Shown here: positions 54,001 through 64,000 of the stretch, in pieces
Layout of the letters: each line of letters starts with the position of its first letter
Numbering within the stretch: the stretch's first letter is position 1
DNA from: Auanema rhodensis
Taxonomy: Eukaryota > Animalia > Nematoda
Direction of reading: 5' to 3'
Length of the DNA stretch: 64,000 nucleotides
Assembly (NCBI GenBank): GCA_964057225.1
Contig: OZ059895.1
Coordinates: 15,934,001 to 15,998,000, forward strand
Notes under the pieces: model-generated
Database searches by the model: none
Seen by the model: only the letters and a program-made list of their open reading frames with translations
Told to the model about the DNA's origin: nothing
Made by a program: the position numbers and the translations under genes

Positions 54001-57000
54001 ATTGGAAAAGCAGAAATTTGATACTCATGACGAGTAATTTTGAATGTGGAAGTAAATCCCTCTAAGAGATTCAAGACTCTTCTCACTACTTCAGTATCAA
54101 CAGTTCAAATTTTGCGTTTTGATTCCGATTTTTCACTTTCCGGTTTCAAAAAATCGGACTGAGATAGTTGACGAATTCATTTTGAGAACTGGGCTGTCTG
54201 TCGGTCAGTGACACAGTCATTGGAGTGAGATAGTACACAAATATGAGAAGCACATCCTAGATCCAACCACACAGACTCACAAAGAGAATATGTCCGTTCA
54301 TCGGAGAGCAGATCAGTTAACCAAACGACACATACAATTAGCATCCATCCCACTCTTCAGCTTCTATTCATCATTTTTCTCATAAAATCTCCTGTTCTCG
54401 CACTTTTGTTCTCGGAAATACAGTCGATGCGGTGAAGAAAGGGTCAACGGGAATAGTGAAGGGTTGTCCAGTCTTTATCTTTGCATGAGCTTCAACTTAA
54501 TTCATAAAATAAAAGATGAAATTCGTCGACTCTTAAAAGCTCAGGGACCAATTACACAGCCAGTTTTACGGTCCTGAAGTGTTGTTGCATGTCGATACTA
54601 AATCTCATTTTTTTCAAATCTCATCGCACTTTTTTTCTGGAATTGAACGATGTAGTCGCACAGTTTGAACACACTGATTCTTTTTCATTCGTGTTTCCTT
54701 TATTTTTCTTTTGACTTCAGGTTATATTTCTCACACCCGTGCCTGCGGCTATTCTGTCACCTTCTATCCTATTTCAGTTGGCTTCCAGATTCAATTATGA
54801 TTCAGATGACCAGCCGTCTATTGACCAGTTGATTATTTCACTCCATTTCGCCGTTCCCTTTACCCAAACAGCATATAATTTCAAAATATAAAGTGTAAAG
54901 GTTGACTAGAGGTGCGCCTACTAGCGACTGACCAAATATGGCAGCAGCCAGTTATGAGAGTGTGTAAGTCTAGAACACTCTAGATTTCTGTCTTGTTACA
55001 TAGGAGATGTAAATTCAAATGGATTAATCCTTATTGCTCAGAAATGCCCGATTTAGGTACATTAAGTTCGAACTCGAAATTCTACACTTATGAGTAAGCT
55101 AGATGATTTTCTGCGATCTAGCTATCATCTGCCTATCTTCTATTCGGAAGAAATCAAGGATTATTATTCGTTGATTTTTCTAGACGAATACAAAGATAAT
55201 CATTCTTGCAATCTAGTCCTTAGAGCTGGGTTTCAAACATACAGCACAAGGGAGAATAGAAAGAGGACCAGAAGTGAAACCCGCTAAGAGCAGCAAACCG
55301 AATCTCCTAGCTGACACAGAGAACAGAGACAACGATCAACCTCAACCTCAGGGTCGATAACAAATAAAGAAAACGAACCGACATTCAAGAGGAAGAAATG
55401 AGAGAGATTGATAGATAGAGCAAAACGTTTAAAGCAGAAAGAGAAAGCCAGGGAGAGAAATAGACAATTGTAGCGTCACGGAGACTGCGATGACACTGTG
55501 CACTCTCTCTCTAAGGCTTGTCGTGCGAACCTATATGAGATCATACCTTTAAGCTCAGACGGTTGCCTACATCATCCGAATTGCTTGAAGAGAAAACAAA
55601 AGAGCTTGTTCACGCAAATGTTGAGCTGAGAAAACAATGTTATTTCGGAAAGCGAGCCTAGTTCATATAGAGTACTACTAAGCCGTGTCGTGTATCAACT
55701 TTCTTTAGAGAATCTCAAAACTTTGAAAAAGGCGGCTGAAGCAAAGAGGTTTAGGTCTGATGAAAAGAAAGATGAAAAGAAGCTCTATTTTCTCTGTAGA
55801 ATCGAGTAGTCAGAAATTATTCGTAAACTAGTTGAATGAGGACATTCTTGAGCTCTGGTGATGGTGATTGCTCAGAAGACAGCTTTGCAATAAAAAAAAC
55901 ACAAACGTGATCGTAAAAGGAAATCCGGAGAGTGTACATGGCTAAATAAGAACAAAAGTGTTTGAAATGTCCAATCAAAAGTGAAAAATGAAGTGCTATA
56001 GACAAAAGACAACATCTAAATTGAAGAGGCTATCCTCTAAAATGGAAGAAGCTCGATTTAGGTCATCAGCTTCAATTGTGGATACGAACATTATTGGAAC
56101 AACAACTTGACAGACCAATTGTGAATAGCTTATTTCAATTGACAAGCCTTTAAAGAGCTATCAAGGACTATCCGACGATACGATTACTTGGATCGTTCAG
56201 AGTGTTACGAGAATAGGAGATATAAGAGATACGAGCGAGATGAAAACAGAAGAGAAAAAAAGGAAAATGAAGCTTTAATTTTAGAAAAACTCTGTTTCGT
56301 ACAGATGACAGAACCGTACTCAGCAGAGAGTCAATTGTGTCGAAAACGGATTGATTATATACGAAAAGACAACGGAGATATTGAGGTGAAACATCGGTAA
56401 GATAACAAGCTAATGCTGGAAAAAGCATATCGGGAGAAAAAGGAGATGAAGAAGAATTTACGTAAAGATGTTTCGAACACATGTGCTACTTCAGATATAC
56501 TAGGAGTAAATTCTGGAACACGAAAACAAACACACCTGCGTCCGTAGCGTATGCATGGAATGCACAAAGATGCAAACGATTCCTAGCTGTTACACGAATT
56601 TTGCTGACATTTTTTTGAATACAAGGAATAATGATAGTTGACGTATTTCCAGTTGAGAATGAAACAGATGACAGATCGCAAAGCTGTAAAAATTCATTTT
56701 TCTCAGTCCTGACTATCTTAAGACACAGTTAATTTCCTTGTTCGTCTCTTTCTTTCTTTCAACGAACGCTTCTCATCAAATTTTAAATTTTTTCGTGAAT
56801 GTCAAAGATACCTTAATGTCTCCGTTGTCCAAAGTCAGCTCTATTGTGGAGACGACCGATGATTGTTTGCCTAATCGAATAGAAATCGCGTGAACTGAAT
56901 ATGATCCCAACAAATCGACATCCCTGAAAAACTTCAATAGAAAATAGTTTTATAAGCTGAAAACAAAGGGAAATATTGAACGAAACCTTAAGATCTTCGT

Positions 57001-57938
57001 TGTATAGCAAATGAAAAAAAGCTTTCATATTTGTATTTTTGTGAGAAGTTAGACATGACACTGACGTCCATTTGAGACGAAAAGTATTTAATATTTTAGC
57101 TAATCGTCACTCAAAGCATTAGGCAACATCATATACTATATATATATATAGGTCGAATATGAAATTCTTTTACACATTAGTACTTTTAGACGATAAAAAA
57201 AGTTATCGAGTAGTAAGAATGTGGCGAAGATGATGAGGGAGAAGAAAAATCGGAAGATTAATGGGTTTGAAATACTTCGTATATTGGATTAATTCTAGGT
57301 CAAAGTGATATAACTATTTGAGGTGAGTGTGAGAAGGCGAAGAATAAACGAAAACATTTGAACAAGAGGAAGTTAATGAAAAATCAAAATTATAAATATG
57401 TTTGAATAAGTAAACAATATTCTGAATCACTTACCACCAGGAACCCTTCTCGTTCTCTGTACTTGTACACAAACCCTTGAAAACAAGTCCAGAAGTGGAT
57501 GCTGTCGACTGAAAGTTCAATATGTGTAAGACTATTTTTGAGAAAAAGTGTATTTGTAAAGTCGATAATGACGTGAGATTGACGAGCACAAAAGGTTTGT
57601 TATGTACCTGTTCCGTCGGTTTATTGCCAGCTACATCAACTGCACATATTGGAGCTTCATCACTCCAGCTGCCATCAGGTCTACATACACGCTCTTCTAG
57701 ACCAACACGTTCGAAGCCAAGAGCACAGCTAGAAAATTAAGATGAAGATGATACACGTGTGAAAGACATGATGTTCAGCTTCAGCATACCTGTACTTGGC
57801 TACCGTTTTTGGAGCATAAGGCCCAGGTTCGTTGAATATGACATGACCATTTTCAGGAACAAAAGGTTGTAGACAATACAACGCTAGTGCTTGTCGATAT
57901 AATAAAATAGAAAATAATAATAATAATCTATGTATCAT
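51095..57938 (-). CDS. Furrowed/selectin-like type I receptor: signal peptide, sushi, FTP(F5/8)-like domain, C-type lectin, several sushi domains, TM, Tyr/Pro-rich tail
   Basis: MIHRLLLLFSILL...CLQPFVPENGHV...SCALGFERVG...CRPDGSWSDEAPIC; GSWWDVDL (exon 56812-56923); LHLCAFHAY (exon 56536-56683); CTLD YWIG/WRWADG; TM LALTVVAVLLVAFLVVAVF. Confidence 0.85.
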
Positions 57939-58717
57939 ATATATAGTTAAGTATTATAGCTGAATATTCGCCAGCTTTAATGAAACAAGATGCAGACAAG
58001 CACAAAGGCCAGCTGCAATATTGTGATATAGTTAGAATAGTTATAGTGTTTATAGTGAAGCGAACGGAAGTTGTTTTGAAATACTTATCAATAAAACCGA
58101 TTCTAGATTAATTAAATACAATTCAAAGATCGATTAGGGAGACGGATGCCTTAGAATGGTAGCCGCAATTGTGATGATGTTATGCGAGGATAGTGGGTTA
58201 GACGAATTTATTCAAGAGTACTTGAATATCCGAAGCTCGTCGTCACTCTGCTTAAAGGTATAAGGTGGGCAAGGTGGGATCGAGAAGAACGAGAACAAGA
58301 AGAAGAGGCAGAAGGGACCGAGGGCGCAGCTAGTGGAGCACCTGACAGAGACCACGCCCAGTCAGCCTCTCATGTCCACAAACAACTGTACCAACTGTAC
58401 GCTGCACATTGCAACTGGCCAACAGCAATTCAAGAAATGGAAGCGATTGAGAGATAGAATAAAGATGGAAATGGACAGTTACGAAGAATGAGGAAACTGT
58501 TTGCAATAATGAACATAAAGAGGTAGGGAGAGGTAGAGAGAGAGAGAGAAGTAATTAAGTGTGACAACTTGAACGCAACGGAACTCGACTGTTTAGTTGA
58601 TGAGCTATTGATGAAGATAATCGTTAAGAGGTTCATTAGGTTCAGCATTTCATGCGATTCTTGTATATGTTTCTATTATTATTTGATCATGCGGAAATCT
58701 AGTATATCTTCAGAACT

Positions 58718-59729
58718 TCAAATAACGTGCGTTACATAAATAATACAAGCCGAAGCAAAAGCAACTCCAAAAAACGTATGGTAGGGCGTTAGAGTTAAAG
58801 AATTTCGTCTTGAGCGTTTGATCCTACACAGTAGTAATTGCATGGCAGTCTCGTAAATTTTACCTTCGGGAAACCGGATCTGAAACAGAATGTTTAAAAC
58901 AATATATAATCGAAAAGGTTATTCTACATCTTTATTATATGTATTAGGCCCTGTGCAGTCAATTTTAGAAAACAACTCATTTTGTTTATAAAATAGCCAT
59001 TGACATTGCTGATCAGGGAGAGAGCTGATTTCTGAAACTTTAATTAAATTACTTAGGTGTACAATCAAAAAACCTTTCAAAAATAAAATTTGACGATTAT
59101 ACTGCCCGACCAATTTATCATATAATTCTAAATTTTTCAAAAGAAAAACGGCAGATGGCTGGGAGAGATTTAAATTATTATTATGAAGATTATATAGGAG
59201 TTTAATTATAGGCTAAATCGAATTTTGAAACTGTTAAGAATTAAAAGATACAATTAGAGATTTACCTTATCAGATTTCACATCTGGATGTGAATTGAAAA
59301 TTATGGAAGACTCTGGCATGTGATCTTTCCAATTTTCGCATTCAGTTATAAGTCCCTTGAAAGGTTTATAATTTAAATTTAATATGAAATACAACGAAAC
59401 CTCGATACAATAGTATGAAGCTTCTTGCAGAATTTGATCAACTTCAAATCTAGAATTCGGTAGGGATACAGATCCATCTCGAAGATAATCCAGTATATAA
59501 TCGAAATATTTTCCACTCCGATCAATGAACACGAAACCATCTGAATCTGATGTTGCCTTCAAAATTTCTGAACTTGTGTTAAACGTCTAAGTGTATATGA
59601 CCATACCTTAAGATTTCCTGTGAACATGGCTTTCAGCATGTTATCTTCTCTGGACAAGGTAGACAATGTAGTTTGAAAGAGCCTACCACCTATGTTCAAT
59701 TTTAAAACATTGCGCTGAGAGACATGCAT
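58718..59729 (-). CDS. KCTD10/KCTD13/TNFAIP1 (BACURD)-like BTB CUL3 adaptor, divergent
   Basis: LKLNIGGRLFQTTLSTL, FIDRSGKYFDYILDYLRDG, KPIIKLLYN, LLKNLELYDKL, IRFPEGKIYE. Confidence 0.88.
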
Positions 59730-61235
59730 GGTACCTCAAATAAGATACTACTAAACTGGCTTTAAAAGGAGAATTTAAGCATTGCAAAGCATTTTTTTTA
59801 TTTTGTATATACTATATCACATATTTATTTGTAATGTTCTCTAGCCAGCTTCAGATTCAAAACTAACCTTTCGATACGATACATGAACACAGTTTTCCAA
59901 TTTCGTCTAAAATAAAAAAACATATTTGAAATAGAAAATTAGTGATAAAATTAACATAGAAAATTATTTTTTATGGAAAAAAATAAAACAATAAAAAATC
60001 AAATGAACGAGGAAAAGACTGCTTCCAGCCAGACAACGTTAACCGAGCTCTACCTCTGCGGAATATAGTATGGATATAATTTATAGCTGAAATTCATGTA
60101 TCATTCCGTAAAGTAGAATCAGAGGAATCAGAAGATTTATTATCTGTACATCTGACTGATATTTGGCTATAATAGAATTACGATAAATATTACGAAACAA
60201 AAATTTGAACAATCCATGAATCATCAGAGAGTTAATATTAGAGCGCGCGCATATCATTTTTGCCACGTACCATCTTCCCATAAACCTGCGGACAAGGAAC
60301 AGAAGTCTAGGCTTTTCACCAGAACCTCAACATTAGCCTCTTGGTTCAAGATTTTTATATAGAAAAAAGAATATTACAATATTATATAATATATTAAATA
60401 CTACATAAAAAACTTATTTTCCCTTTTCATTTAGACAAAGCAAGTGCATATTCAATATCCAAGTAAACATTTTTCTGAATCCTTTTATGAAAAGACATGT
60501 GTGCTGTTGTTTTTCGGATATTCCGTGAAAACCATTGAAAGCTGGCTTCTGACAGACTTTTTTATTCGATTGTACATAGTATATGCGAATTATTCCCTAA
60601 ATATCTTCAGAAACAATTCAAATAACAGAAAACATTCTTCAAAATTGGAATAAAGCTAATTCCAAGTTTAAGCAAATCATAAGTAAGCTTCAAACCAACT
60701 TTAAAACAATATGAATGAAGTTATATAATGTAACGAATTATTAGAGAAGGATCTAAGATAGAAAGATTAAAAGACTTTAAGTTACCGTATACAGCCTCAA
60801 CTGCAATCATTTAACTCTTGATTATAATTTCTCAGGAAATACATATAAGCTCAAGGTTATTTGCACTTTGCTTGTCCGTACATTATAGTTGGAACGAAAC
60901 TTCAACCTGAGCATTTGCCCCTGGAAGATACTTATCATATTTCACAGACTGATACAACTACGTCAAATTTAATTGTTCTATTCCTATCATCAGGTAAAGC
61001 AACATATATATTCCTCACAAGATTAAATTTTTTTGTGGACTAATGAGGCCATTGGTTTTTCCCCGTTTTCTTTAAAGTTCGACTTCAGCTGCTCCATGTG
61101 TATCTTTTTCGCGCCAAAAAGTTTTTAAACAAATCAAAGGTTGTTCATTCACAAAATACATTTTTTAAAGCTTTCAAATATAACAGTTGTTCTCTTTATA
61201 TTTTCTTTGTTTAATTTGTATAATATTAACAGAAA

Positions 61236-64000
61236 ATGCAAGATGATAACGGGGTCCGAATAATAAATAGAATAGCAAAAGATGTTTCGTCAAGGATATG
61301 TACAGCACAGGTTTTATAAATATTCAATTATGAATAATATTCTGAAATTAGGTTGTTACATCAGCTTCTAGTGCTGTTAGACAGTTAGTAGATAATGCTA
61401 TAGATGCCAAAGCAAAATCAATTGGTATATGAATATTTAATTTTGTGAATATATTTTTTTCTTCAAGAAATTCGTGTCATTGACAATGGTTTCAACTCGA
61501 TTGAAGTTGCAGATGATGGCAGTGGCATTGATCCTTCTAATTTTGATACAATTTGTAAGTAATGTTTGCCTTTTTCCGATTTTCTACAATGATTGCTCCA
61601 AGGTAAACCTCACGCCACATCAAAGCTAACTGATTATTCTGACTTCCAAGAGTTAACAACACTAGGTTTTCGAGGGGAAGCTTTGAATGCTCTTTGCGCT
61701 TTAGGGTAATTAATTAATTATTTTACGAGAATAACCTGCTTCAAATTAGGTCTTTATCTATTCTCACACGTTCAAAGGAAGCTTTAGTTGGTACAAAACT
61801 TACATTTGATCATAAAGGACAACAAATTAGTAATACTAATACGGCTAAACCGGTTGGAAGAACTGATATAAACAACTTTCATTTATTCAATCTACCGTTA
61901 GGTTGGAACTACTGTCACTGTTACCAAGCTATTTGAAACTTTACCTGTGAGAAGGAAAGAATTTGAAAAGACCCAAAAAAAAGAATTTGGGCGAATAATT
62001 TCAACCGTCCAATGTTTTGCCTTATCTAGACCTGAAATTAGATTCATCCTGAGTAACAATGTTGGAGGGTTTGTTTACGAACCTAGAATTAAGAAACATT
62101 TTTTATTTAGAAAAAGGCAGCAAGTTTTATGCACTCCAGGAGGAGTTGGCTTGAAAGAGGTATTTGTAAGCTGTTTTATTTTTTTCGCACTTTAATATTA
62201 TAGGTTGTCAGCAATTTATTTGGAGGACGAACGGACAAAAATAAAATGTTAGACTTAGAAAAAGATTCTCCTGATGAAGAGATCTGCTCTATTTATGGTG
62301 TAAATAGTGTTAAAGATGAAGAATATGACTCTATCAGGTTTTCCATATTTGAAGAATTTCAATTACATAGCCATGTTCAGTTTATCTGGCTACATTAGTT
62401 CATGTGAACATGGGTACGGAAGAAGCTCAACAGATAGACAGTTTTTATATTTCAATAAGAGACCTGTGGATTATCCAAAGGTGGCGAAATATTTTATATG
62501 TTTTTAAATATATTCAAACTTTAGGTTTGTCGAGCTATAAATGAAGTTTATCAAGCATACAACAAATCTCAATACCCTACGCTTGTGTTGTTCGTAGATG
62601 TGCCCCCAGGTTTGCTTCTAAATTATATCTTTTTCAACTGTATAAGTTTTATTTAACAGAAAGTATTGATGTAAATGTGACACCAGACAAAAGAACTGTA
62701 TTCTATGACAAAGAAAGAGTATTGCTGGCAATCATCCGTGCTTCTGTACTTTCTACTCTGAAGCAAGTTTTGGGAACGTTCACTACTGCTAGTGGATCTC
62801 AGTCAGGTTTACAACCTTTTAGATCATTGTTTTTTCACCTTTTTGCATGTAGCTGTTCAAACTAGACTGACAAGAGCAATACAGTCGACTCTTAATCGAT
62901 CAGAGTCATCAGACTTGGATTCGTCAAGAATTTCATTATCGTCGTCAGCTGATCCTTTGCCAAGTGTTTATGATCTACTTCGATCTGCCAATTTGGGTGC
63001 TAAACGTACCTCTACTTTTGATAAGCCAGAGGCTAAGAGAGGAAAAACCAGTTCACGTGAATCAGCGTTCAGAACGTTGGAATCATTTTCGTTCAGTTCA
63101 ACTCCAAATAACACGTCTTTGTCCTCGTCTATTGCCACCTATGCTACACGATCAACAAAAAATAATAGTAAAAGTAATGATAATGATGACAGTGAAGGTA
63201 TATCAACCACTGTTACTGAAGCAACCTTTTTAAGACGTTTGTATAAAACAAAAATATTGATAATCGTAAGCAATACTTTCAGATTTAACACCTGATAAAC
63301 GAACAAGTACTCCTATTTCTAAAACCCCTACCAGTTCCGCAAAAAAGACTAGTAGTTCTTCTTCGAAGAAAAAAGATTCAGTTTTTTCAAACTCTTCAAA
63401 TATTCCGACAGCGCCTGCTTCAAAAGATTTAAGAAATATTTTCTCACCCCAAAATGAGGTTTGCACTATTCGATGCAAAAAAAAACTAATGCATGTTGAT
63501 TGCAGCGGGAAGGCTTATTACAAGGAAGAACGTCGCTTATGGCGCTTTCTCGAGGTTCTCAGCATGAAAGAAGTGAAGATGACGAACGTGTCTTCAAAGC
63601 ACTTGAAACAAGATTAGATTCAGATGAGAATCAAGCTTCTGAGCACACTGAAGATATTCGCCAAGCAGGAGACGCTGAAGATATTCGCCAAGCAGGAGAC
63701 GCTGAAGATAATGGCTCCAGAAGCCCTAAAATTGAAGTTGCTTAAGAACACTAATTGTTTTTCGAACCTACATTTAGATCCTTTCACAAACGAATGCTGT
63801 GATGTCTCAATTGAATGATAATGGGACTTTTATGCGTCCTCAACAAACTGTTTGTTCCAAGAAGTTTTATCTTATTTTCCTCATAATTAAACATTTAGGT
63901 TCCATTCGATCTAGAAACGTTTAACGAACGTATGAATTCAATGGAAGCGCGAAGAGTAACAAAAGAAGAAATTCAGAGGTATTCAATTTGGTTTCAATTG
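61236..64000 (+). CDS. pms-2: MutL homologue PMS2, 5' part; runs off the window
   Basis: RICTAQVVTSASSAVRQLVDNAIDA, DDGSGID, HATSKL, TLGFRGEAL, LFETLPVRRKEF, GRSSTDRQF, IDVNVTPDKRTV. Confidence 0.95.
63648..63710 (+). repeat. 27-bp coding tandem duplication (EDIRQAGDA x2.3) in the PMS2 linker
   Basis: CTGAAGATATTCGCCAAGCAGGAGACG repeated exactly. Confidence 0.92.

Noticed and set aside
56304-56396. Plus-strand exon-like segment (MTEPYSAESQLC...) nested in the receptor intron
   Set aside because: Could not be linked to other exons or to a protein family
1-64000. CRISPR arrays, tRNA/rRNA genes, SL RNA, transposases, TTAGGC telomeric arrays
   Set aside because: None found by eye; degenerate elements could be missed without tools

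Overview
AT-rich, gene-dense eukaryotic DNA, almost certainly a rhabditid (clade V) nematode. Evidence: a cuticle collagen, an HNF4-type supplementary NHR, a patched-related gene, 40-55 nt introns and TTTCAG-type acceptors. I spliced genes by hand because the ORF track shows only exon fragments. From left to right: 3' end of a GnRH/AKH-receptor-like GPCR, tppp-1, rpl-13, a patched-related gene, an AP-2 transcription factor, HBS1, a class-3 lipase, an nhr-62-like receptor, oct-1, a cuticle collagen, an aat-9-like SLC7, an EGO-2/HD-PTP-type BRO1 protein, TMEM234, a catalytically dead ODC paralogue (antizyme-inhibitor-like), an unrecognised 4-exon 119-aa membrane protein, a furrowed-like sushi/FTP/C-lectin receptor, a KCTD10-like BTB protein, and the 5' part of pms-2. 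The main discovery is the spliced 5' leader of the ODC pseudoenzyme. It holds an AUG-less, probably AUU-started uORF ending NAEPPWDPDPVF* (AZIN1 uCC type). A second AUG-less uORF ending HIPP* lies in the +1 frame across a UUC-UGA-G junction that resembles an antizyme frameshift site. Other non-obvious items are an intronic H/ACA snoRNA in rpl-13 with an identifiable 28S target, and an exon/5'-splice-site-complementary intronic element with an A:C mismatch. Gene names come from recalled family motifs; no database search was run.
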